Source of the DNA: an uncultured archaeon
GTDB taxonomy: Archaea > Asgardarchaeota > Lokiarchaeia > Sigyniarchaeales > SOKP01
DNA length: 54,910 bases
Assembly: GCA_964447495.1 (NCBI GenBank)
Contig: CAYUTF010000009.1
Coordinates: 1 to 54,910 of the forward strand
Direction: 5' to 3'
Part shown: in pieces, positions 20,217 to 29,638 of the stretch
Position numbering within the stretch: position 1 is the first letter of the stretch
Layout of the letters: each line of letters starts with the position of its first letter
Notes under the pieces: model-generated
Told to the model about the DNA's origin: nothing
Database searches by the model: none
Seen by the model: only the letters and a program-made list of their open reading frames with translations
Translations under genes and position numbers: made by a program

Positions 20217-20516
20217 ATGACAGATACAAAAAAAGATTATCAAAAAATATTGGGCTCTGTACAAAAACCTGTAAAAGGAGAAGCAGGGAAAACTGGTACA
20301 TGGAGTTCAAAAAAACCGGTAATAAATTTAGAAAAATGCATTCCTGCAAAATCAGGTAAGCCAAGTTGCTTTAATTGTTGGTTATATTGTCCTGAAGCGG
20401 TTATAACAAGAACAGTTCCTCCAGAAATAGATTTAGAATACTGTAAAGGCTGTGGCATTTGTATGGAGGAATGTCCTGCTAAAGCTATAACAATGGAAGA
20501 GGTGATTATAGAATGA
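20217..20516 (+). CDS. porD: Pyruvate/2-oxoacid:ferredoxin oxidoreductase delta subunit (2x4Fe-4S)
   Basis: TGTW..KPVI..EKC...CWLYCP and YCKGCGICMEECP motifs. Confidence 0.92.
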   Translation: MTDTKKDYQKILGSVQKPVKGEAGKTGTWSSKKPVINLEKCIPAKSGKPSCFNCWLYCPEAVITRTVPPEIDLEYCKGCGICMEECPAKAITMEEVIIE

Positions 20517-21778
20517 CTCTTACTGAATCAAAATCCGATAAAATAGAGAAAAAAATAAAGATTTTAACTGGTAATCATGCCGCAGCTCATGCATTTAGAC
20601 AAGCAAAAGTTGGAGTAATATCCGCTTACCCCATTACACCCCAAAGTCCAGTTGTCGAAAAGATAGCAGAATTTATTTCTAAAGGCAAATTAAAAGCCCG
20701 TTTTGTCAAAGTTGAATCCGAACACTCTGCTTTAGCCGTTTGTTGTGCCGCATCCGCAACGGGTTCACGAGTTGGTACAGCAACATCATCCCATGGTTTA
20801 ATGTATATGTATGAGATGCTCCCATGGGCTTCAGGAAATAGACTCCCTATTGTAATAAATTTAGCTACGAGAGCTACAGGAGCACCTTGGAGTGTGTGGA
20901 CGGATCATCAAGATTTTATTACAATTAGAGATGTTGGATGGATACAATTATTTTGTGAAAATAATCAAGAAATTTATGATACAAATATTCAAGCTTTTAA
21001 GATCGCAGAAGATCCAAGAAATTTTGTGCCTGTAATTGTAGGTTATGACGGTTATATTCTCTCTCACACAATGATGCCCGTCGTTTTAGAAAATCAAGAA
21101 GACATTGATGCATTCTTACCCCCTTTAAAACATCATATAAATTTATCAAATATTTCAGTGGTAAAAGGGATAGATCCTGTAACTACCCCCCATGTAAGAG
21201 ATCGAGGAGATGAAGGTACTGCTCCAGGATATTTTGAATATAGATATGCTTTACAAAAGGCTCTCGAAAATTCAATTGATATCATTAAAGAAGTTCATAA
21301 TGACTATGCTGAGAAATTTGGAAGATCTTATGGTAATGGTGTATATAAAACTTTTCGCGCTGATGATACAGATACCCTAATATTTGCTATGGGCTCTGTT
21401 GCCGCACAAACGAGAATTGCAGTTGAGAGATTAAGAGAAGAAGGATTAAAAATTGGATTAGTAAGTCTGAAATTATTTCGACCTTATCCCGCAAAAGAAT
21501 TAAGAGACTATTTCAAAACTAAAAAAAATATCATTGTTTTTGATAGAGATATAGGTTATGGATATGAAGGAGTACTCAGTTATGAATTAAAATCGGCTCT
21601 CTATAACTTACCAGATTCTCCATTTATTAAAGGCTTTATTGTTGGCTTAGGAGGAAGAGATATCACAACCGATCAAATAATTAAAGGAGTCAAAATTGCT
21701 TTACAACAAAAAGAAAAAGGGATTATTTCACATAATACTGAATTTTTAGGATTAAAATTAGATGAATTAAAATTTTAA
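20513..21778 (+). CDS. porA: Pyruvate/2-oxoacid:ferredoxin oxidoreductase alpha subunit
   Basis: GNHAAA, AYPITPQ, ESEHSA, TATSSHGL. ATGA overlap with porD. Confidence 0.93.
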   Translation: MTLTESKSDKIEKKIKILTGNHAAAHAFRQAKVGVISAYPITPQSPVVEKIAEFISKGKLKARFVKVESEHSALAVCCAASATGSRVGTATSSHGLMYMYEMLPWASGNRLPIVINLATRATGAPWSVWTDHQDFITIRDVGWIQLFCENNQEIYDTNIQAFKIAEDPRNFVPVIVGYDGYILSHTMMPVVLENQEDIDAFLPPLKHHINLSNISVVKGIDPVTTPHVRDRGDEGTAPGYFEYRYALQKALENSIDIIKEVHNDYAEKFGRSYGNGVYKTFRADDTDTLIFAMGSVAAQTRIAVERLREEGLKIGLVSLKLFRPYPAKELRDYFKTKKNIIVFDRDIGYGYEGVLSYELKSALYNLPDSPFIKGFIVGLGGRDITTDQIIKGVKIALQQKEKGIISHNTEFLGLKLDELKF

Positions 21779-21796
21779 AAAGAGGGGTGAAAAGCG

Positions 21797-22699
21797 ATAG
21801 TTAATGTTTTAGAAATTCCGGATGAAGAATTAATCTATCCTGGTACAAGAGCTTGTGCAGGATGTTCAATGGCTCTTATTTATCGTATTGCACTAAAAGC
21901 TTTAGGTAAAAATACAATTATTACAGTACCAGCAAGTTGTTTAACGGTTTTGCATGGTATGCAGGGATTTTGTACAACTAAAGTATCTGTACTCCATACT
22001 CCTTTTGCGACTACAGGTGCTTCGGCATCAGGGATTGTGGCTTCATTAGAAGATAAAGGCTTAAATGGAGATATTAATGTGGTTGCATTTGCGGGAGATG
22101 GAGGCACGGTAGATATTGGTATTCAAAGTTTAAGCGGTGCAGTTGAAAGAGGAACTAATTTTATCTTTGCATGTTATGATAATGAAGCATATATGAACAC
22201 AGGTGTTCAACGGAGCGGAAGTACTCCTCCAGGTGCATATAGCACAACTACACCAAATGGAAAGATTGGATATAAAAAAAATATGCCAAAAATAATAGAG
22301 GCTCACGGTGCACCTTATGTTGCAACTGCGATATCCTCTTACCCATTAGATATATATGAAAAATTTTCTCAAGCTAAAAAGATTTATGGCCCCAAATATA
22401 TTCATATTCTATCACCTTGTCCTCCTGGTTGGGGTTATGAACCAAAAGATTCAATAAAAATAGGAAGATTAGCAGTACAAACAGGATTTTGGCCCTTATA
22501 TGAAGTAATCGAGGGAAAATTTATATTATCAAAGGATAGTAGAAGATTTCTTGACCCCTCCAAGCGTAAACCGATTGAAGAATACTTGTCAGCTCAAAAA
22601 AGATTTCGAAATATTTCTAGCGATACTATAGAGGATTATAGGAAATATATTAATAATTTATGGATAGAAATCCAAAAACGATTAGAAGAAAAGCAATAA
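21797..22699 (+). CDS. porB: Pyruvate/2-oxoacid:ferredoxin oxidoreductase beta subunit; probable ATA start
   Basis: GDGGTVDIG, YDNEAYMNTGVQRS, SPCPPGW. The conserved N-terminal PGTRACAGC lies upstream of the track ATG (21869). An in-frame ATA at 21797 follows GAGGGGTGA. Confidence 0.92.
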   Translation: MVNVLEIPDEELIYPGTRACAGCSMALIYRIALKALGKNTIITVPASCLTVLHGMQGFCTTKVSVLHTPFATTGASASGIVASLEDKGLNGDINVVAFAGDGGTVDIGIQSLSGAVERGTNFIFACYDNEAYMNTGVQRSGSTPPGAYSTTTPNGKIGYKKNMPKIIEAHGAPYVATAISSYPLDIYEKFSQAKKIYGPKYIHILSPCPPGWGYEPKDSIKIGRLAVQTGFWPLYEVIEGKFILSKDSRRFLDPSKRKPIEEYLSAQKRFRNISSDTIEDYRKYINNLWIEIQKRLEEKQ

Positions 22700-22775
22700 A
22701 TTTATCTAATTATTTTTTCTAATATATTTTTAAAAAAAATAATAACTAACTAATTTTTACATATATTGAATATTA

Positions 22776-23561
22776 ATGCTTAAAACCTTTATATTTTATG
22801 AAGTGAAAAATAAATGGGTTGAAGAAAGCTCTCATTTACTTTATCATGATTTATGTGCATTTGTAGACGAGGAAAAAAAGGTAATATACCTATGGAATGG
22901 ACCACAGAGTACAAAAGAGAGATTAAAAAAAGGATTAGAGTCAATAAATAAATTGATTAATAATTTTCCTGGAATAAATTTTCTCATTGAAATTTATAAT
23001 AAAAAAAGTGCTCCTCAGGTTGAAGCGAGGTTAAACAAATTACTTGAAGCAGTGAAAAATAAAGATGATGTAATACACTATCAGTATTCTCATTTTTTAA
23101 CAATCCGATTGCATTTTATCTCATCAATTGTATCACTAATACTTCCTATAATCGCATTCTTAGCCTTGAGCTTTTCATTACTATGGGAAAGCGTTGGAAG
23201 CAGTTATTTAGTCTATTCTAATAATTATAATATTTGGTTATTGTTAGGAAAAATACCAATATTCATTTCGCTTATTCTTTTTGCTTTCATTTTAACCATA
23301 GCAATTTATGAATATGAAATAACAATTATTATTTTATCATCAATGAGTATTATTATTTGTATTAGTCTTCTATTATATCTTGGACAAGGTATATTTTTAT
23401 TTCAGTTTCAAGAAGGATATACAAGCGTTCTCTACTATATTGCTAAAATTGATATATACATATTTTTAATCGTCACTGGATTATCAATTGCTATTTTTGA
23501 AATACCAAACTTTATGAAAACTATAAGTTTCATATTTACTTATAAAAAGTTCATTCTCTAA
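22776..23561 (+). CDS. Gelsolin-like domain fused to about 4 transmembrane helices
   Basis: N-terminal FVDEEKKVIYLWNGPQST resembles the gelsolin-repeat core. The C-terminal half has four hydrophobic stretches. Confidence 0.6.
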   Translation: MLKTFIFYEVKNKWVEESSHLLYHDLCAFVDEEKKVIYLWNGPQSTKERLKKGLESINKLINNFPGINFLIEIYNKKSAPQVEARLNKLLEAVKNKDDVIHYQYSHFLTIRLHFISSIVSLILPIIAFLALSFSLLWESVGSSYLVYSNNYNIWLLLGKIPIFISLILFAFILTIAIYEYEITIIILSSMSIIICISLLLYLGQGIFLFQFQEGYTSVLYYIAKIDIYIFLIVTGLSIAIFEIPNFMKTISFIFTYKKFIL

Positions 23562-23648
23562 ATGATAACCTCTAATTTCATCAACAAATTTTAGTAAATT
23601 TGGTAAGAATAATAAATCTTAAAAGAAGTAAAAAAAAAATATTATCAT

Positions 23649-24530
23649 ATGGCTGAGGCTGCTAAATTACTTTTAGATATTGAAAAAGAAGATTTACGAA
23701 TCCTAATGGCTATTGAAATAGGTATGAGAAGATCTGAATATGTTACGGTTCAAAATATCAAGTTTTATTCCAGATATCCAATGGAAGAGACTCTCTATAG
23801 AATAAAAAATGTACATAAATTAAACATGATAATTCGAGATTCTTCATCTTATGAAATAAGTTATACATTAAATTCATTAGGATACGATCTTCTAGCCCTT
23901 CATTCTCTCGTTGAAAAAGGTAAAATAAGTCAATTAGGACCTTTAATTGGAAAAGGAAAAGAATCAGATGTGTATAGCTGTATGGATGATGATCATAATA
24001 TTTTTGCATTAAAAATTTATAGAATGGGAAGAACAAGCTTTAAAAATATTAAAAAGACTCGCAATTTGATCAAGAATAGAAAGCATTTATCTTGGTTATA
24101 TATAAATCGATTAGCGGCAAAGAAAGAATTTGAGGCGTTAAAAAAAATATATATACTTAAACTAAACACGCCTAAACCAATAACCTATAACAGACACATA
24201 GTTATTATGTCATATTTGAGAGGAAAGGAATTGGTTTATTATAAGGAAGTAGATAATCCTCGTAAAATTTTTAAAAATATTGTTAATCAGATACGATTAA
24301 TTTATAAAAAGGCAGGTATAATACATGGGGATTTAGGTGAGTTTAATATAGTAATAGATGAAAAAGGGAATATTTTGATTATCGATTGGATACAGTGGGT
24401 TTCGAAGAATCATCCTAATGCTAAAGCTTTGCTAGAGCGTGATATTACTAACATATGTGAATATTTTAAGAAAAAATTTAAACTCGATATAAATACTACA
24501 GATGTTATACAAACATTTTATAAAAATTGA
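23649..24530 (+). CDS. rio2: RIO2 atypical Ser/Thr kinase
   Basis: N-terminal wHTH ending in GYDLLAL, IGKGKESDVY, GRTSFK, HGDLGEFNI, IIDWIQ. Confidence 0.93.
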   Translation: MAEAAKLLLDIEKEDLRILMAIEIGMRRSEYVTVQNIKFYSRYPMEETLYRIKNVHKLNMIIRDSSSYEISYTLNSLGYDLLALHSLVEKGKISQLGPLIGKGKESDVYSCMDDDHNIFALKIYRMGRTSFKNIKKTRNLIKNRKHLSWLYINRLAAKKEFEALKKIYILKLNTPKPITYNRHIVIMSYLRGKELVYYKEVDNPRKIFKNIVNQIRLIYKKAGIIHGDLGEFNIVIDEKGNILIIDWIQWVSKNHPNAKALLERDITNICEYFKKKFKLDINTTDVIQTFYKN

Positions 24531-24534
24531 ATCG

Positions 24535-25140
24535 TCATTTTTCATTCTTAAAAATATGCCCCTGCAGAATAAAATCTTCTAAATGGGGAACATCATAGAT
24601 TTCATAATTTTCTATCTTATATTGTACTAATTTATTAAATTTCGCGATAGTCACTTTTTTTTTTAAGATTGAGAGTACAATTTCAATATTGTTTTTTCCT
24701 ACTCTAATTAAATTATCTAATCCCTCCTCAAAATCGTAAAGATTTTGGAAAGCAGTAATCGAAAAAATCTCATCGAATATATTCTTTCGAAATGGAAGAT
24801 ATTCCAGATCAGCAACTATTAAATGAATATGTTGAGATATTCTCGAATAACTCAATTTTAACTTGAACATTTTTAACATATTCCTTGATATATCTGCTCC
24901 TACATAATTCCATTTCAATCGAGTAATCGTTCTCACACATTTTAAGGCAAAATCAGCAAGCAAACCAGTTCCGCAACCTGCATCCAGAATTATTTTTTCT
25001 CTAAAGATATATTCTTTTAAAAAAGTTCTAAATTTATTTGATTGAATCTCATGGTATCGCTTATCATAATATTGAAATGAAGAATTATATTTTTCGATAA
25101 TTTGTCTTTTTTTATCTATATGAATAGTATTGGTTTTCAC
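24535..25140 (-). CDS. Class I SAM-dependent methyltransferase
   Basis: LDAGCGTG, DISRNML, ADLEYLPF. Confidence 0.85.
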   Translation of the reverse strand: MKTNTIHIDKKRQIIEKYNSSFQYYDKRYHEIQSNKFRTFLKEYIFREKIILDAGCGTGLLADFALKCVRTITRLKWNYVGADISRNMLKMFKLKLSYSRISQHIHLIVADLEYLPFRKNIFDEIFSITAFQNLYDFEEGLDNLIRVGKNNIEIVLSILKKKVTIAKFNKLVQYKIENYEIYDVPHLEDFILQGHIFKNEK

Positions 25141-25274
25141 TAAAATTACTCCAACTAAATTAAAAACTTAATAAGCGAAATTTAACCGATAATAAGGTTT
25201 TAATTCAAAAAAGTTTTTCTTTAAATTATCTTTTTAATAATAATAATAATTATTTTTTTAATTAAGGTTTTAAT

Positions 25275-25538
25275 ATGTCAAGTAGAAATAGCAATCAACA
25301 GAAATCAAAAAACCCATTGCACATTTTACAGAATGCTATGGGATCAATCATTATCTTAAGGTTAAAGGATGGAACAGAATATAGAGGATTATTAAAAGAA
25401 ATTGACGCTTACATGAACATGATCATAGAAGATTGTACAGAAATCATGGATGGGAGTCCTGTAGCCAAATATAATGAAATATTTATCCGTGGGAATAATT
25501 TACTATTTATCAAACCTGATGCTTCTCAAATCATGTAG
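25275..25538 (+). CDS. Sm-like (LSm) RNA-binding protein
   Basis: Sm1 LKDGTEYRGLLKEIDAYMNM and Sm2 IFIRGNN. Confidence 0.95.
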   Translation: MSSRNSNQQKSKNPLHILQNAMGSIIILRLKDGTEYRGLLKEIDAYMNMIIEDCTEIMDGSPVAKYNEIFIRGNNLLFIKPDASQIM

Positions 25539-25562
25539 AATTAATAATAAAGTTGAAAAGTT

Positions 25563-25994
25563 ATAAAGACTTCCCTCAAGCTTATTTCTGTTATTGGTTA
25601 TGGAACGTTCATTACTAAGGGATATTGGAAAAAAGCATCTCATACAGAAGTTTGCTTAGTTAGAAATTATACCCGAATTTATCCTACTGAATTTTGGTAC
25701 CCTGTTGTTTTACCATCGAGAGATTCTTTTTGGGCATTAAAATTTGAGGTTCGTCCTGATCAATTGAAAAAATTAGATAATTATGAGGGAGTGCTATCGT
25801 GTATTTTTAAACGGGTTAAAACACAAATATTATTAAAAAAGGAAATAAGCCAATCTGCCTATATTTATATCCCTACTACTGAATTTATAAAAGTAAATGG
25901 TTTGCATCTCGAATTGGATAAAAATGATAGATGGAAAGAGGAGATTAAAAAATACCCAAAAATTGTGCGTAAATTCCCTGAATTGATACTCTGA
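25563..25994 (+). CDS. Gamma-glutamylcyclotransferase (AIG2-like) family protein; probable ATA start
   Basis: The frame of track ORF 25764 is open for 67 more codons upstream. It encodes the family N-terminal motif ISVIGYGTF and later LDNYEG. No ATG/GTG/TTG occurs before 25764. Confidence 0.8.
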   Translation: MKTSLKLISVIGYGTFITKGYWKKASHTEVCLVRNYTRIYPTEFWYPVVLPSRDSFWALKFEVRPDQLKKLDNYEGVLSCIFKRVKTQILLKKEISQSAYIYIPTTEFIKVNGLHLELDKNDRWKEEIKKYPKIVRKFPELIL

Positions 25995-26891
25995 TTATTC
26001 CACGAGTTTGGCTATAACTTCATTATTTCTAATTATAGCATAAGATGCGGGATTTTTGCTATATTTACCTCTATAATTTTCTGAAGAAAATATAGATAAT
26101 AAGTGCTTATCAAAAAACCACTTATAACCACTTGGGAACATTTCATGAGATCTAATTAAATAACTAAGATTATTGGCATTCATAAATTCGGTAAATACAT
26201 CTTCTCCAAAAAATTGGATTCCCTGTCCTCTATAACTTTTCTCAAAGCCAGATAAACACTCTTTCGGGTCATTCCATAAGATATGATATAACCCACTATT
26301 TAAATGTTTTAGAACCATATGTCTTTCTCTAGATGCACACCCTTTTAATTTTCTAATCAGCTCAAAATCTTCTGGAATTCCACCATGTAAACATAAGATA
26401 CGGTTGTTAACAATAGCACAATAAGGTAAAACTTCATATAATGCTAATACCTCGTTAAAACGCTCTTTATCTTTAAACTTAGACGTAAATTCTTTGAAAA
26501 AACCATAATATTCGTTCATTTCTAAAGTTTCATGATTTCCTCTTAGAAGATAATATTTTTTTGGATTTAAAATCTTTAGGATTAAGAGGGATATAAAACA
26601 TTCTAACTGCTTTTCCCCTCGATCAACAATATCTCCTAAGAAAATTACAAATTTCGGATTAGTGTTTTCAATAATTTCCAATATTTTTCTCAAAGAATCA
26701 AAATTTCCATGAATATCGCCTATGACGTAAACCTCATGATCATTTTCAGTGACCTCTAATTCCAAGCATGTATTTTCGTTACCAATTATATCGCTTGCTT
26801 TGCATAAAATATCTGAAATATCCGTAATTTTTAATTTTGGTATTCTATTAGGATTAATAAGTAGTTCTTCTAAAATATCGCTGTCAATCAA
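25995..26891 (-). CDS. PPP-family Ser/Thr protein phosphatase
   Basis: GDIHG, GDIVDRG, RGNHE, HGGI, LWNDP, IRSHE. Confidence 0.93.
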   Translation of the reverse strand: MIDSDILEELLINPNRIPKLKITDISDILCKASDIIGNENTCLELEVTENDHEVYVIGDIHGNFDSLRKILEIIENTNPKFVIFLGDIVDRGEKQLECFISLLILKILNPKKYYLLRGNHETLEMNEYYGFFKEFTSKFKDKERFNEVLALYEVLPYCAIVNNRILCLHGGIPEDFELIRKLKGCASRERHMVLKHLNSGLYHILWNDPKECLSGFEKSYRGQGIQFFGEDVFTEFMNANNLSYLIRSHEMFPSGYKWFFDKHLLSIFSSENYRGKYSKNPASYAIIRNNEVIAKLVE

Positions 26892-27026
26892 GAGAATTTA
26901 TCAAATTTAAAATATTATTCTTTCTTTGTAATTTTAATTAAGATTTTTTAAAAATATTGTCTCTAATATTTAAAACTAAAAATACAAATTTTAGATATAA
27001 ATAAAATCTCAGAAAAATAAGTAATT

Positions 27027-29066
27027 TTGAATTATATGACTAAAAATCCTAATAGTGTGCTCAACTCCTTTTTAAATGAAATTATTGACAAATTTGAAAA
27101 AGAAATAATCGAACGCAAAAATACTACTCAAAATTTAGGTATTATTTATACACCTCAAAACATAGCAGATTTTATTGTGGAAAATGTTATTAGTCTCTAT
27201 ATAAGTGAATTTTTAAAAGACAAGCAACTCATCCAGAATAATTTAACTTTTATTCAATTACATTCTAAATTAAACTTATTTCCTAAGAAATTAAGAATGG
27301 TTCTAATAGAATCATTGAAAAATATTAAGATTTTAGATCCTGCTTGTGGGTCTGGAATATTTTTAGTAGCTACATGTAAAATTCTTTACGAATTCTATAA
27401 AAGATTAGAGCTAGTGAATGATGAGCATGAGATTAAACAATTTATCATAGAAAATAATATATACGGAATAGAAATAGAAAATAATGCTTCAGAGATTTCA
27501 AAACTAAAGCTTATAAACTGGTTATACTCTTCAAAAGGGAATATTAATTCTAATCATATAGATTTACATAAATATAATCTAAAAAATATAAATATCCTAA
27601 TTCAATCGTTTAACATTAAATTGAATATCCATACTATAGATTATTTACTTGAATTTAATTCAAGAGATTTTGATATTATTCTTGGAAATCCTCCATACGT
27701 AGAAAATAAGAAAATCTTCGATAAAAATTACAAAAAAGAATTGAAAAGTAAATATAGATCAGCATATCGCTTATTTGATATATCAATCCTATTTATAGAG
27801 AAATCATTAAAGATCTTAAACTCTAATGGATGTATTTCATTTTTAACCACAAATAAATTTCTCTCAGCTGAATATGGTTTAAGAATTCGCGACATTTTAT
27901 TAAGAAATGTTGAAATAAAAGAAATTATTAACTTATCATCTATTCCCATTTTTCATAGAACTTCGGTATATCCTGTTATATTAACTCTAAAGAAGCAAAT
28001 CCCCAATTATTCTAATAAGATAAAAATTACCAATCTTAAAAGTATTAATGAAATAGTAAAACAAAAAATGAGTAATCTTTCATATAAATATATCAATCAA
28101 ATTGATATACAAAATCTTCCTGGGAAGGTAATTCCACTTTCCCATAATATAACCGTTGTAAACGAATTATATAAAAAGCTTAAGCAATTTTCCGAAGTAT
28201 TTAATGATTTAGAAATCATATACAGACCCTTTGGCTTTATTCATTGGGTAAATAGTTTTGAAAACGTTTCTAAAGAAAAGAAGTCCGATAAAGATCTATT
28301 ATTAATTGGGACTGGAAATGTCGCAAAGTATTACTTAAAATTCGAAAAAAGAATAAAATTAGCTAAAAAAAATATTTCTATTTCATATTTCAATTATAAG
28401 AGAGAATTTAGTGATATTTGGAAAAAATTACAAGGAGAGAAGCTAATTTATAGAGAAATTGCTCAAGAATTGACTTGGCTATATGACCCAGGGAATTTTG
28501 TGAATATTACAGGCCTCTATTTCGTACGAATTCCTTCCTTATCAACAGAAAACCTCTTTTCTTTACTTGCAATTTTTAATTCAAAATTGATGAATCTTGT
28601 TTTTAGTACTCTTTTTAGCACACTTCACATGTCAGGAGGATATATGCGATTTAATGGTATATTCATTAAAAGATTACCAATGATTAATAATTTGAATAAA
28701 CCCTTGGCTCGATTAGGAATGATTTTACAGTTTTTAAATCAATTTAAATATGAAATCCAAACAATGGGAAATTCTGAATTGTTAAAGTATTTCAAAAATG
28801 AAAATGTAGAGAAGCAATTGATTTTTTATGAGAATTTAAGTAATAGCTTAGTATATCAATTATTTCTTCCAAAAGAATCCAATCACTTGTTCAATAAAAT
28901 AATGAAATCAGAAGATTGTATTCCGAGTATAAAATTTAAATTTTTTGATAACTTTTATACTAATCTCGAGGATAACACTTATACAAACGAAGAAATAACT
29001 AAAAATTTAAGGGAAATCAATAAATCTTATCTTGAATTAAACAAGTCTTTAAAACTAATTAAATAA
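27027..29066 (+). CDS. N6-adenine DNA methyltransferase (gamma class, Eco57I/TaqI-like)
   Basis: YTP, motif I DPACGSGIFL, motif IV GNPPY and a TaqI-C-like target-recognition region. Confidence 0.85.
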   Translation: MNYMTKNPNSVLNSFLNEIIDKFEKEIIERKNTTQNLGIIYTPQNIADFIVENVISLYISEFLKDKQLIQNNLTFIQLHSKLNLFPKKLRMVLIESLKNIKILDPACGSGIFLVATCKILYEFYKRLELVNDEHEIKQFIIENNIYGIEIENNASEISKLKLINWLYSSKGNINSNHIDLHKYNLKNINILIQSFNIKLNIHTIDYLLEFNSRDFDIILGNPPYVENKKIFDKNYKKELKSKYRSAYRLFDISILFIEKSLKILNSNGCISFLTTNKFLSAEYGLRIRDILLRNVEIKEIINLSSIPIFHRTSVYPVILTLKKQIPNYSNKIKITNLKSINEIVKQKMSNLSYKYINQIDIQNLPGKVIPLSHNITVVNELYKKLKQFSEVFNDLEIIYRPFGFIHWVNSFENVSKEKKSDKDLLLIGTGNVAKYYLKFEKRIKLAKKNISISYFNYKREFSDIWKKLQGEKLIYREIAQELTWLYDPGNFVNITGLYFVRIPSLSTENLFSLLAIFNSKLMNLVFSTLFSTLHMSGGYMRFNGIFIKRLPMINNLNKPLARLGMILQFLNQFKYEIQTMGNSELLKYFKNENVEKQLIFYENLSNSLVYQLFLPKESNHLFNKIMKSEDCIPSIKFKFFDNFYTNLEDNTYTNEEITKNLREINKSYLELNKSLKLIK

Positions 29067-29237
29067 ATGATTTGTCTAAATACAAATATTCTGATGTAAT
29101 ATAATATCAAAAGATTTTAACGAAAATTGCCCTTTTGCCCCTTAACACGATAATTTACAAATTAAAAAAAATAATAAATTCTAAATTTCATTGTAGTAAT
29201 TTGATCTTATATTAAATTCTTAAAAAAAATAAATAGT

Positions 29238-29570
29238 GTGATGAAATTTATGGCAAAGAAAAAAACTCAAACAAAACCTCCTGATGAAGATGAGATTCCA
29301 GATGGCAAAGTTGATGAAGAAGGAGAAGAAATATTAGATTTGTATGACGAGAATGATAATCTCGATGATGACCTTGACTATGATCTTAATCAAATTGATG
29401 ACGAGATGCTAGCAGATGAAGATGAAGATGAACAATTTGGATATGAAATAAGTGAAGTTGAACAATTAATGAGAAAATTGAAATGTGCTCCCTGCCCCGG
29501 AAGTTCTAGTAAAGCCACTTGCAAAGTGCGTGATGATTTTGGATGCCCACCAGATAAAGCGAAAAAATAA
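29238..29570 (+). CDS. Small highly acidic protein with a C-terminal 4-Cys cluster
   Basis: D/E-rich centre and CAPC...C...C tail. Purine-rich, gene-like sequence. Start is probably MAKKK. Confidence 0.7.
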   Translation: MMKFMAKKKTQTKPPDEDEIPDGKVDEEGEEILDLYDENDNLDDDLDYDLNQIDDEMLADEDEDEQFGYEISEVEQLMRKLKCAPCPGSSSKATCKVRDDFGCPPDKAKK

Positions 29571-29638
29571 AAGGAATAATATTGTTAATTAGATTATTTA
29601 TTTTTATTATTTTCTAAATTTATTTTTTTAATGTTTAT

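Noticed and set aside
21776-21799. Selenocysteine/UGA readthrough as the explanation for the in-frame TGA upstream of porB, the GGCT gene and 5824-6360
   Set aside because: In all three cases an in-frame TAA lies 2-4 codons further upstream (21776, 25548, 6373-6375) with no start codon between, so readthrough cannot supply an N-terminus.
25553-25618. TTG-initiated 21-codon ORF overlapping the GGCT 5' end (possible frameshifted start)
   Set aside because: It is in a different frame and stops early. The GGCT frame is already open from 25557. A single-base assembly error cannot be fully excluded.
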